In this document: positions 24,923 through 37,200 of the stretch, one piece after another
How positions within the stretch are numbered: the stretch's first letter is position 1
How the letters are laid out: each line of letters opens with the position of its first letter
Source: Eledone cirrhosa
Taxonomy: Eukaryota
Assembly (NCBI GenBank): GCA_964016885.1
Contig: OZ024740.1
Span: forward strand, 414,222,001 to 414,286,000
DNA length: 64,000 nt
Direction of reading: 5' to 3'
The notes under the pieces: model-generated
Told to the model about the DNA's origin: nothing
The model's input: only the letters and a program-made list of their open reading frames with translations
Database searches by the model: none
Translations under genes and position numbers: made by a program

Positions 24923-26517
24923 TAAAATATTATATTCGTCTGGTGTTGATTGGCTACGCAGTGTTGTTTCATCTTCAAACACTACTTTTGAGGATTACTG
25001 TTAAAAGCAAAATTTGCAGTTCATATTATCTCACTGCTTACCTCTGTTTACAGGAGAGTGTTTTGTGTTTCTAGAGATACCAATTCATAAACTAGCTACC
25101 CGTAGCTGTCCATTTATAGCTGGACCCACTGAGCTATTTGAGAGCCGAATGTCATGGCTACAGATATATCTGTTTGATAAGAGTATACAAACAACCGATC
25201 TTCTAATTGGTTCTTCTGAAAACTGTGAACTAAGAAATAAAATAGAAAGATAGAAAGCGATGAAGGGGGAAGGAAAGAAAGAAAAGGAAAGAAAGAAGAG
25301 AAGAAGAGAGGAAAAAAGAAACCAAACAAATACACCAACAGCAAAAGGAAATACTGATCAATGGTAGAGAATTTTATAATTGTATGTATGGATGTTTTAC
25401 CTACAGGTTTATATGATTCTTTGTACAATCTCTGTGCAAGAGATTGTCTTCTGATACATAATATCGTCTGCTTTAATAAAAGAATTATAATGGAATCCAA
25501 CTACGTGCTTTCTGAAGAAGCAATAATGTCTGTTCAATAAAATGATTTCTGTAGGTGACAAAGATCACCACATTTCTACAATCGAGTCATAACTTGTCAG
25601 AGCATGATAAACATTACTATTGGTATGACTCAATTTCAGCAGTATATGTTAACAGATTTCTTATATTGATGCAACTATTCGGATATTGTAAGGAATGGTG
25701 GAATGAGATTGATGAAAATCCTTGTCAATGAGACAGATTCTGTTGTCACTACAATCGGTCCAGCCTCAATTTTATTATATATTTCGCAACAATTTGTAAT
25801 TTAAAGTCCATTGATGTTGAGCACACATAAAGACACCAACCTTTTAATTGAATGCTGGCTGAGAGAGCAGGTTAAAGAATAGAAAATTAACACACAATTC
25901 CAGCGTAACTACACGTTGACACCCAACTCATAAGTAATCTAGTGTTTGTCATTAAATGTAAAGGAAAGATACGGAAATGAAGTTAAAAGTGCATGAAAGA
26001 AGGGTTCAAAACAGTTTCAGATCTTCCCGGAAATTTCCCGGTCCCTTTATAAGCCTAACTATGGATCGTGTAATGCTGATAAAGATGGGTTCGCATAGAT
26101 ATGAGTTCTGTAAATTTACAAGGCACAGGGGTAGTATAAAATTTTGGAGATAATCAGCTGTCACTCATTTGAAAATATTCTATAGTAGAATTGTCTCAGA
26201 GCAAGTTTTAATGGAAGAGCAAAGGAGGTAATTCCCTGGGGCCCTTACATGAAAATGGAGTAAAGTCAAAGTGCTCAAGGCTACAAATGGGGTACCCCAA
26301 CTGAGTCTTTTGTGCCAAAGGGAATAGATCATTTGGGATGATACATATTTATATTTTTCGTACACCAGAACAAATATACATTGGTTTTAAGAATGTATTT
26401 GTGGCCAAAGTTGTCATCAAAATTCATCGAACTTTCTCCACATTAGCGACAACAGACACCGGTGTTTGGAAGCTGGTGCTCTGCGTATGCGTGCAGACAC
26501 ATATAACATTGTGTTTA

Positions 26518-26564
<47 letters not shown>

Positions 26565-26569
<5 letters not shown>

Positions 26570-27710
26570 GCATCTACTAACAATGATGAATGGGGCGAGG
26601 CAAAGAAAGATCTGTGGTAGGTCATTTACATCTGGTTCAGCACTGAAGGGAGTGTGTTCAACTTGCGACGATTGCTCGCCTGCACCAAAACACTAGAGGA
26701 GCGATTCTAGATCTGCTGTTCCCAGATGATTGTACTCTTTTGACGCACATGAAGAAAGATCTCCAGGTAGCCGTCAGCTGCTTTGCTCGGGCAGCCAAAG
26801 CCTTTGGCTTGACCATCAGCATCAAGAAAACCGAAGTCATGTACCAGAAGCCAGCAAAGGAAGAGTACCACGCCTCGTAGATTTACATCGATGGGCACCA
26901 CCTCAGTGCAGTGGAACACTTCGCATACTTGGGAAGCGTCGTTACCAACGATGTTACCCCAGTAAAGGACATTGAAAACTGCATTGCCAAAGCCAGCAGC
27001 TCATTCGGACGCTTGCAGAAGCACGTATGGCAGAACCACTCTCTACGTCTCACCACAAAGATCAGAGTCTAAAGAGCTATTATAATCACTGCTCTCCTCT
27101 ACAGAGTTGAAAGCTGTGTCCTGTACCGGAAGCAGATCAAGCTACTAGAAAGATTCACTCAGCGATACCTTTGCTCCATCATAGGCATCCATTGGCAGGA
27201 CTATATAACAAACGAGGAAGTTCTCAAGGGGACCGATATCACAAGCATTGAGAGCATGTTGATGCTCTTACAGCTCCGCTGGGCAAGTCATGTCTCGCAC
27301 ATGAACGACTCTAGGATGCCAAAGGCAGTTTTCTACAGCGAACTACGTCAAGGCAAGCGGAACCAAGCCACACACTTTCCGAAAACGCTTCAAGGACCAA
27401 CTCAAGCGCCAGCGGGTCCAAGGCAATATTAATCACAAGGAATGGGAAGTCCTGGCAAAAGACAGAGAGAAATGGAGGGCGACCATCAAAATAGCTGCAG
27501 CCAGCTTTGAAGTGGGCAGAAAGGCAGCAGCTGAAGACAAACATCAAAGAAGGAAGCTGTCCACCGCCCAACCAGCAGCTGACCAAGTACACACTTACCC
27601 CAACTGTATCAGTGCCTGCGGGTCCAGGATTGGCCTCTACAACCACCTCAGAGTGTACCAGCACACGGAACAAGATAACAATTCTTCCCATTAATCTTCG
27701 CAAGTGAAGA
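26565..27710 (+). mobile_element. 5'-truncated, decayed RTE (BovB-like) LINE
   Basis: IYIWFSTEGSVFNLRRL..DLLFPDDC..FGLTISIKKTEVM..FAYLGS..IAKASSSFGRL..LRWASHV..RMPKAVFYSEL..KRFKDQLK..CPNCISACGSRIGLYNHLR; contains stops and frameshifts. Confidence 0.9.
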
Positions 27711-27770
27711 ATTCACCCTTCCATTCACTAACAATGAGAAGTTTGAGTGTATATATATATTTTTAAAGAA

Positions 27771-28099
27771 CTCCTTTGGTCACGAATGACCGTCGGTTTG
27801 TACCTAGAAAGATCCTCTACAAGTCACAAGCCTGGGCAAGATAGTTTGTGGAAGACCAGCAGTCACCTATACATACCAGCCTCCCCTCTCCACGCCACTG
27901 ATGTCATCCAAGGGAAAGGCAAAGGCTGACACAGCCTGGCACCAGTGACGTCACAACTCATTTCTACAGCTGAGTGAACTGGAGCAACGTGAAATAAAGT
28001 GATTTACTCAAGTACACAACGTACCGCTGGGTCCAGGATTCAAACTCACAATCTCACGATTGTAAACCTGCCACTCTAACCACAAAGCCATACACCTTC
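27771..28099 (-). mobile_element. tRNA-headed SINE with CORE-like domain and RTE-like tail
   Basis: Minus strand starts GGTGTATGGCTTTGTGGTTAGAGTG..GTTTGAATCC (A/B boxes), then GTTGTGTACTTGAGTAAATCACTTTATTTCACGTTGCTCCAGTTCACTCAGCTG. Confidence 0.7.
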
Positions 28100-28101
28100 A
28101 C

Positions 28102-28168
<67 letters not shown>

Positions 28169-28460
28169 AATAAATTTACAAGGATATAAAAAATATCGAC
28201 TTGCTTCATTATAACCGTTCAATATAAATTTGACTTGAAAATACCAACAACAAAAGCCTTGCATAACCGATATTACAGATACATTTTTAATATCTTGTAA
28301 GTAGACCCAAGCAGAACGTTAGAAATATTACTCACATTACATAAGCAATATATAGTTCGAATAGAGTCCTATATGTATGTGTGCGTGTGTGTGCGTACGC
28401 CTGTGTGTATGTTATGATTCTTTTAAGATTGTTTATATATATATATATATATATCTTTAT

Positions 28461-28700
28461 ATAACGAAGGAAATGTGGTAAGGAACCAGGTGGACCATAA
28501 CGCACCAAAGTACTCAATACTTAGGGTAGTAGAGTGGGTAATAGGAACGAGTAGGACCCCGACGGCTGAGCTCAAGCCGTTTCGACGGCTAATTCTGGAC
28601 TAAATGAAAATATTTATCCTGGTATATGAATAGCCGAGCTTCTCAGGGGTAATTCCATATATGGTAAAAGTGATTGTCACAAGGATTGGTCAAAAGTTTG
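28461..28700 (-). mobile_element. pLTR-like element, family G (right boundary uncertain, may extend to ~29700)
   Basis: 28461-28600 is nearly identical to 33911-34049; starts at (TA)n; contains an HHR fold. Confidence 0.7.
28556..28650 (-). ncRNA. Type I hammerhead, family G (long stem III; G8A in this copy)
   Basis: ACCC|CTGAGAA|Gct CGGCTA..~40 nt..TAGCCG tC|GAAA|CGGCT tgagctc AGCCG|TC|GGGGT. Confidence 0.7.
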
Positions 28701-29166
28701 TTGTTGAGACACATAATTCTATCATGGCAATTTGTGGAAGGAAGGGGTAGCTGAACCTGCCAGTAGAAGAAAGAGGGAGAGGGAGTGGAGAAAACCCAGT
28801 CGTGCGTTGATAGTGCCAACTACAGCAGGGCAGGAGGTCAAGCAAGTATACTAGGGAGGGGGGGGGGAGTCGAAACAATAAGTAAATCAATATGGAGTAA
28901 ATATATAGAAGAATACCAGGAATGTTAAAAATATAAAAAAAACAATTTCTGGTTACTATTCCCTAACGACAGTCATCAAGTCTCTCACTGGTACTGCTAA
29001 ACTATAGAAATGTTTACTAGGTGGGACGGAATTGTAGTGAGACCATTTTAAGAGTTAGTAGTAATCAACCGAGTATATCTTACGGTGACAGGTCAACAAG
29101 TGTGGGGGGGGGAATACTAAAGAAACTACCACGAAATAATAATTCAGAGTCCCGAAACTAATACGA

Positions 29167-29213
29167 AATAATTGTTTCTACCCTAGGCACAAGGCCAGCA
29201 ACCACCCAGTGCA
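29167..29213 (-). mobile_element. Severely 5'-truncated SINE (3' tail only)
   Basis: Matches the 3' end of the 6698-6887 family; flanked by duplicated AAACTAATACGAAATAAT. Confidence 0.75.
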
Positions 29214-29796
29214 AAAAATAAACTAATACGAAATAATAATTCAGAATCCTGAAAATGAATACTAATACTATCTCTAAGGGTGCCGCTACGATACAAAAAT
29301 TCTAGTACAAACTACATAAATGCTCGTACGAAGTATATGAAAAATTTGATACGGAAAATTAATTCAGATCCCCCCCCCCAAAAAAAAAATACTGATATAC
29401 GAGAAATTAAAGCAAAGATACCACTAAGGAATGTAGAAAGCACGGAAATGGGGCAGCCATCGGATAAGAAAGCAAGTATCTGGGGGTCTATCACATCTGC
29501 TATAAAAAGCGGAGTCGGCCAATTCTATCATAGAATAGGGGATGGGGGTGATGGTACTGAGGCTACAAAGGACCGAGGGGCTGCCTCGGGTAGGCGAGAA
29601 AGTGAAAAGGACGACGACAAAGAAGGAGGACTGGGGTGGAAGGACTAGGAAGGGATGGGGGAAGAAGGAAATATAGAGGAAACGATAAAAAGATATAAAA
29701 GAAGATCTTACGTCTACCTTTGCAAGCAGGGGTTACCCATTACAAAGTCGGCAAGTGGGGTGTTACAGCCCTTGTCTACCCCCCCCCCCCCCCCGA

Positions 29797-29957
29797 GTTG
29801 GTGGATGGGTGTCACACGTGGATGCTGAAGATGGCTCTCAATATTAACCAGTACGCACTGAGGATGAAGAACTCAGAGCTGTACGGGACCCTCCCAAAGG
29901 TCAGCTCGATTGGGACACAGAGGAGACTGAGTTTAACTTGATATGCTCACCGACATA
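29797..29957 (+). mobile_element. RTE-X-like LINE fragment
   Basis: LVDGCHTWMLKMALNI..NSELYGTLPKVS..RRL..HRH resembles the post-RT region of RTE-X. Confidence 0.6.
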
Positions 29958-31754
29958 TGATGACTGCAAAAGAAGGAATTCACTTGTATTAACTAAGTAA
30001 ACACAATAACTGTCTACAGTTGAAAGTTGTTTATTTTTCCTTTTATTGAGAGAAGAATATTAACTGATAATTGATCGTAATAAACGTGTTTACAGTATCA
30101 TAACTCATGATAAATATCACAAGATAAAAATGACAGCTAACAGAAACATGCTTATGCCTTGTGGGTACTGAAAGTAATTTATATTACATTAGTGTTTGGA
30201 GCCTGGGGCTTAAAACGCTTTATTTTCCAAATAAATTATTAGAAAATCTCGTTAGTGGGTAATTTCAAATGTGAATGCTGTTTAAAGACTCGTGTGTGTA
30301 GTAAAATCTCCTTACCGTACTGAATGACTACAGGCAGTAAAGAACTGTTAGCTGACTAGGAGAATGTTCTAAATTTATGAGGGAATCGTTTAAATGAGAA
30401 AACTTCATCTTCAAATCCTAAATTCATTGATTAAGGACTGTTAAAGTAAAAATGAAAATAAAATTATTTCTCTTTTCATTCTGCATTGATAAGTGGATTT
30501 TATCATTTTCAATTACTCTTAGAAACTCTTTTATTGGCGTTATATTGACAACCAACCACAGAGGAGTAAATCTGAATCGATCACTTAACAGATGTTGCAG
30601 TGATGGGCAGATGTTTTCTCTAATACTAATGTTAAATGACAAAACAGCCTGAAAAGAGTACATCTACGCAGAATTTTACAAATACAGTAGTGACTGTTTT
30701 ACATGAAAACTAACCTAGTTTTTTTCTGCTAAAGAATCCGATTCATGTGTTGAAAAAAGAGGAACATTTGAATCTGTGCCTTAAGCCTTTAGATTCTTTT
30801 AGGAAAAAAATATGCAGCAACAAATTGCAGCGCTACAAATTTATTTACTTTACGTTTTCTGGAAGTCTGTCATTTGTGTATTTTAAACTGCAAATTAATA
30901 CTTAGTTTTTTCTCTCTGTCTACACAAAGAAGAAATAAAGTAGTTTTCCATCCTCAGTTTGCGTAAGATCGAGATAAAAGTCGACGAACACCCGTTACTG
31001 TTAATATATCCAAAGCCCTTGATAAAACTTCTTAATACACTCTATAAAAGAATGGGTTTCTCCCACAAATGCAAAATTGGAAAAGCCAAGATATCGTCAA
31101 AAACACAGAAGCAACAATATCCCCATTACTGTAAAAATCTATATATTTAGCACTTCACTGTTTCGTTTTGAAACCAATGTCTGACGTCTTTCCGTTAACA
31201 TACAGATGACAGAACTGTCTTACATTTTACATTTCAAGTGCAGATAAGTCACTATCCAATTCACTATCAATCTTCTTCCATGGCCAACAGCTGAAAACAA
31301 TTTACTCATAGATCTCAGATGACATTCTAAATGACAAGTTATTGGTGTAAAAGCTTGATTAATGTTATTACTTTGGCTGATATGTAACATTGTTTTTTTT
31401 ATTGAACAACTATGATCTGACAAAACAGAATTACTTAAATGCACTTGGTAGAGTGTGATAGTTTGACAGCTATTGTAAAGGTTAGAATATTAGACATAAT
31501 TGAGAAGATAAATTTGAAAACAACTTTTATATATGATATCTCATGCCATTTACAATTCATAGACAGTGGTATGATTAATGCAGTCTGTGAAGTGTTAACA
31601 TTTTTATTAAATATTTTCCAAACTAGCAGAATACATAAGCAGAGTTAGTATACATTTGATTAATATTTGGAAGCTCTGTTTCACAGGCCACATGTGCATT
31701 TGAATAGCAGCTTCACAAAAGCAAACTTTATTAATGTGACACTCGCATACACAA

Positions 31755-31947
31755 GGTGGTGGATTGGCAGTATCGGTAGAGAGTCGGACGCCATGCTTTG
31801 ACACATAGAGTTACGGCCCTTGCCATTCTGAGTTCAAATCCCGCCGAGGTTAACTTTACCTTTCATCCTTACGGTGTCGATAAAATAAAGTACCAGTAAT
31901 GCACTGGGTAATTGCTGGCCTTGTGCCAAAAGTAGAAACAATTATTA
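31755..31947 (+). mobile_element. SINE, same family as 6698-6887
   Basis: Full length; B-box GTTCAAATCCC; duplicated flank TTATTAATGTGACACTC at 31728-31744 and 31942-31958. Confidence 0.88.
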
Positions 31948-32329
31948 ATGTGACACTCATGCACTCACATATATATACATATGTGAGTATGTCCCTCTCT
32001 TTCTCTCGCTCTCTCTCTCTCTCGCTCTCCCTTTATATATATATATATATATATGTATGTGAGTGTATGTATGTGTGTGAGTGTATGTGAGAGTATGTGT
32101 GTGTATCTTTGTGTGTATACGAAAGTCAAACTTTTGCTTTTGTTCACGACGGACAGTACTATATCTATGTACTTAATTTTTATAGTATATGTCAGATAAT
32201 TATTTCCTCTGATCTGTTTGATAGATTGTACCTAAGAAACATTCTAGAGAATGTCGAATAGATTATCTTGCGCATGCGATGAAAGGCTCATGTCCACGAC
32301 ACAGACATCCTTGGTGGACCTGCATACTA

Positions 32330-32950
32330 CTATACTATCAAAATAAAACATTCTTCCTTAAATTTACGATATTAAGACCTTTTGAATCCTACCTTATGAA
32401 TATGAAAGCTAAAATTATATTCCGTAAACATGCCAATCATTTCCAACATATGTTTAAATACGACATTAAAATATTATATCTCTATTAGTACCATTAATTA
32501 GTTCTGATTATATTACGTCATTTCTAATGACACCATAATACAAAATTATATGAAAACTAACAAACATACATATAATCATTTCAAAGCGAGTGATAGCATA
32601 TGACACAAAATCTAAAAGTTGATACCGAGTTAGAAACCTTAGCTAAACACAAAGCGTTCATTACTATCAAAGAAAATTTCACCAGAAGCAAAAATATATA
32701 TTTGTACGATTATTAATAAATTCAAAGTTATTATATTCGGGCTTCTTCATTCGGATATATTGAAAACCTGTTAAATTACATCTGGTAATTGAAAGAAATG
32801 GTATAGAATTCAACAGAAAGAGAAAAATATTGGAAGTATCAGGTCATATAAAAATGGAAATAAATTATGTGACCTCTGTAGAGCCGAAAAAACATCATCC
32901 ACCGGAACAAAATGCATCTAAAAATTAATCAAATGCAAGCAAGGTCTAAA
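32330..32950 (+). mobile_element. Old, internally deleted PLE related to PLE-1
   Basis: LRPFESYLMNMKAKIIFRKHANHFQ matches the PLE-1 N-terminus; LNYIW*LKE..KILE..NKLCDLCRAEK matches its C-terminus. Confidence 0.6.
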
Positions 32951-33879
32951 ATATTTCGGGATTGACCTTCGCTTTTCTAAAATTTTGGAGTTCGTGTTAC
33001 AGGATTTTTCCAATGAACATTTATTTCGATGCTTCTTTGCAAGAGTGTGTGGCTTCTGTTTTGTTTGTGCATGTGCATATTATCATCTTTTTTGTGTTCA
33101 GGGTATAACTACAACTTATTTTAGGAGTTTTCTGCTAAACCTCCGAAGAGCATAATATACGGGGAAATCATAGAAAAGCCTCAACGTTACAAAATTGCAC
33201 GACAGAGAAAAGGAAAGAGCTCAAATCGAAGAAACTTGAAAAATACAAACAATTTAAGTACTGAATGTATAACTGGAAAACACGGATTTATACTCATTAT
33301 TTTTTTATTCTTTGCTCTATTTCATCTTCTACTTTTCCTTTTCTCTCATCTCACAAGTTTATTCTTTTCCCCAGTAACTATCTTCATCTGCTATTAGATA
33401 ATATAATTACCACACTTTAGACTCTTTCATCCTTTTACTTTTCAGTTTGCACACTTCCTCTATCTTTTATCCTTCTTGCTTATCTTTTTCCAGACCCCCA
33501 ACACTGCTCTTATATTACTTCTCCACTTCCAGATTTAGATGTATACATCTCCCGTAATTTTACATTAAACAATACTTACCAATTGATGTGTTAACTAAAC
33601 GTTTTAGTTTGTCTCATATTCTCCAAGATAAGGAAGCACTGATAGACAAGGAGCAATAATTCATTTATACTATAAAAGTGTTGACGAAAACCGAAGTTTC
33701 AAATCTATACGTATTTTCTCCAAACTGATTTCTATTTAAATAAGTAGAATTAATGATACGTACCATTATTTAGTTCCAAGATAACCACCATCGTATTTTT
33801 AGATGCATTTTTTAATGAATATATATATGTGGTGGGGAATGTATGAATGTATATATATATATATATGATTGTGGGAGCA

Positions 33880-33910
<31 letters not shown>

Positions 33911-33912
<2 letters not shown>

Positions 33913-34120
33913 ACGAAGGAAATGTGGTAAGGAACCAGGTGGACCATAACGCACCAAAGTACTCAATACTTAGGATAGTAGAGTGGGTAATAGGAACGAG
34001 TAGGTCCCCGACGGCTGAGCTCAAGCCGTTTCAACGGCTAATTCTGGACCGACGGCTAATTCTAGGTCCAGAATTAGCCGTCGAAACGGCTTGAGCTCAG
34101 CCGTCGGGGTCCTACCCGTT

Positions 34121-34125
<5 letters not shown>
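33911..34125. mobile_element. Family G fragment folded back as an inverted repeat
   Basis: ~33990-34050 is inverted at ~34065-34125; only the GAAA/stem III/GUC half of the ribozyme is present; (TA)n on both sides. Confidence 0.8.
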
Positions 34126-34201
<76 letters not shown>

Positions 34202-34351
34202 GGGTGTGTATGATTGTGTATAGAAGATTATATTAATAAAAGGAATTCCAACTTTGTCTGATTTAATATTCTACCATACTATTTCATTATAATATCATTA
34301 TAATTTTAAAGGATTGTAAATAAAACGAGTAAATCAGACAAAGCTGGAATT

Positions 34352-34410
<59 letters not shown>

Positions 34411-34412
<2 letters not shown>

Positions 34413-35310
34413 TAAAAATTACCGAGAATCGAATTTCACCTCAGGAATTAACGAAAATCACTTTCGAGTTGTGTGGCAAGCGCTCGATAATTCATATGAA
34501 TTAGAGCTTACAACTTACGTTAAAGGCCAAACACACTGAGATGGTGGTTAAACTAATCATCCACACACCGAAAATTCGATCGCCTATTTCGGGTCAAACA
34601 TATATACAAATATAAAAATATATAAAAATATAAATGGTTGAAAGCTTACTCGGACCCCTGGAAAGATGGTAAAATCCAGTATTTGGGTTTCTGCGGCTCC
34701 ATAAGTCATTTACTGTCCACTTACATAAAGGATGTTAGGTTTCTGGTACTATGACTGAACTGGGAGTACGCGTTGTCAACGGGATTCAGTTCGAATGTCC
34801 ACATAGATGTGTCTGTAACTGACCCACGTGGGGTTCAGCAAGGGAGGCAACACCTATATTAGGTGAATGAATTCAGTTGTGTATAATATTGCGTAAATGC
34901 AAAATATCACAAATCGAATAAAGCTCTCGACAGAGTGGTTAAATATAACAAAACTATTCAACAGTCAATAGAATAAACCAAAAATAATCGATAAAATTAA
35001 CTGGTCAATAGTTGGAATCTGGATATTAATACAAGTAAAAATGATCGAGAATCGAATTTCACCTCAGGAATTAACGAAAATCACTTTCGAGTTGTGTGGC
35101 AAGCGCTCGATAATTCATATGAGCTTACAACTTACGTTAAAGGCCAAACACACTGAGATGGTGTTTAAACTAATCATCCACACAGCGAAAATTCGATCGC
35201 CTATTTCGAGTCAAACAGATATACAAATATAAAAATATATAAAAATATAAATGGTTGAAAGCTTACCCGGACCCCTGGAAAGATGGTAAAATCCAGTATT
35301 TGGGTTTCTG
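34411..35310. mobile_element. Non-coding partial tandem element (~280-bp direct repeats, ~623-bp period) in (TA)n
   Basis: 34411-34693 recurs at ~35034-35310. Confidence 0.75.
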
Positions 35311-36070
35311 TATATATAAGAAATGAAAGGAGCTGTGTGGTTACTAAAAGCGAGGTTTAGGATGGTGGTATGGACGAAACAAGAGAAGAAAAGAAAAGAA
35401 GAAAGAATCCTTCGTCAGCTGTAATCCGCGATCCAGATATTTTATTTACAGGACATCTATAGCGATTAGCGGTGCGCCCAAGGCCTTTTCTTAATCAAAA
35501 GCCCAGGAGGAAAAGAAGGAAAAAGAAGGAAAAGAGGAAGTAGAACAAAAAAGGGGTAAAGGTGGTGAGGAAAGAGGAAGAAAGAGAAAAAGGACAAAAA
35601 AAGGAAAAGAGAAAAAACAGGTGAACAGATCCCATCGTGGGGAGACACAGGACAATGGAACATGCAAGTGAGTAACCGGGAAAAAATAGTATAAGTAAGT
35701 TATAGCAAACCTGGTAGACATATATATATATACACAATACTACTTCTACTACTACTAAAATTCTGTGATTGTGTGCTTGTCTGTAATATAATACAGCAAA
35801 AACGGCGCATAATGAGAAAATACTTTGAAAGGAAGTTGCACATGAAATGGGATGAAACAAGTTTCGCGTAAATCGGAGCACGGGTTCCCGACATACGGTG
35901 TTTTTCCGAGTACCTTCATAAATAGAGAGAAAGAATGGGAGACAGAGAAGGTGAATGGGAGAGAGAGAGAGTTAGTGGTGTTGTTGAATGAAATTATAAC
36001 AGGTGACTTCAAAGAATCGAATACAGCATTACTGTATCTCGCTCGAATTTGGTGACGGAACATTAAGTCA
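35311..36070 (-). mobile_element. Decayed 3' end of a PLE (GIY-YIG remnant + degenerate HHR-like motif)
   Basis: SPVIISFNNTTNSL and GTRKNTVCRE..F..N.FHP resemble PLE endonuclease ends; CTGACGAAGGAT..ATCCTAAAC lies downstream. Confidence 0.45.
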
Positions 36071-36178
36071 TATGTATCATATAACTTGTATTAGGACAGC
36101 ATGAGTGTAGCAAATATTTCCTGGTAAATAGGAAGGGTTTCTAAGTGCCTGTATATATATATATGTGTGTGTGTATGC

Positions 36179-36214
<36 letters not shown>

Positions 36215-36219
<5 letters not shown>

Positions 36220-36886
36220 GACGACGATGGTTGCCGAGCACTGTACGGCGTAATTCTGGCTGTTTGTTTACAAACAAACCGAACATTATAATAAATGTTC
36301 GGTAAACCCATACGTACATATATATATATGTGTGCATGTATGTATATATATACATACTACTGTGCGCCTGTACACATATATGGATGAACGTATACATACT
36401 TATATTTAGGTATCAGCCGTACTAAGAGTGAGAAATGAAATTTTGTTTCATTCTTTTCCATTTATCGTTTTCAGTGCGCCCGGCCGACTAACTCACTCGA
36501 TATGCAAATTAGGCTGCTCATCCGTTAATATGCATAAGGAAAGTATATACCTTCAGACGTTCAATCATCTGACAGAAAGGTATACGATGCTGACGATAGC
36601 TAATAAGCTTGAAACTAGTACATCGTTCCTGTGTCAGTGTTGAACAAAAGGGCGACGATGCTTGCCGAGCACTGTACGGCGTAATTCGGGCTGTTTGGTT
36701 ACAAACAAACCGGACATTTTAATAAATGTTCGGTAAACCCATACGTACATATATATATATGTGTGTGCATGTATGTATATATATACTACTGTGCGTCTGT
36801 ACACATATATGTATGTACGTTTACATACTTATATTTAGGTATCAGCCGTACTAAGAGTGAGAAATGAAATTTCGTTTCATTTTTTC
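36215..36886 (+). mobile_element. Candidate non-LTR retrozyme: 1.5 head-to-tail copies of a ~431-nt non-coding HHR unit (family E)
   Basis: 36215-36457 repeats at 36646-36886 (period 431); one HHR in the unique part; microsatellite flanks; no credible ORF. Confidence 0.8.
36584..36626 (+). ncRNA. Hammerhead, family E, copy 3
   Basis: ACGATG|CTGACGA|T AGCT aata AGCT T|GAAA|CTAG|TA|CATCGT; stem I C-G pair becomes A-T relative to 22571-22613. Confidence 0.9.
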
Positions 36887-36892
36887 TCTCTC

Positions 36893-36957
<65 letters not shown>

Positions 36958-37121
36958 CTGTCACCAATGTACACACATATATATATGGGCCTTCCAATTT
37001 CCTTTTGCCTTATATACATGTCTGTGTATATTTTAATTATATAAAAATCATTTTTAAGTGAACATGTGTTTTTCTTTATATTTCTAAGTGAACGTGATCC
37101 AACGGGTCACCGGTGGTCTAG

Positions 37122-37197
<76 letters not shown>

Positions 37198-37200
<3 letters not shown>

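Noticed and set aside
25380-25870. Possible DNA transposase remnant or exon
   Set aside because: No continuous frame or convincing motif.
33135-33180. CCGAAGA..GGAAATCATA downstream of the old PLE
   Set aside because: Too degenerate; stems do not pair.
34840-34872. GGCAACACC..GGTGAATG resembling the 3' end of an HDV-like ribozyme
   Set aside because: No P1/P2/P3 pairing found, and the catalytic C position is T.
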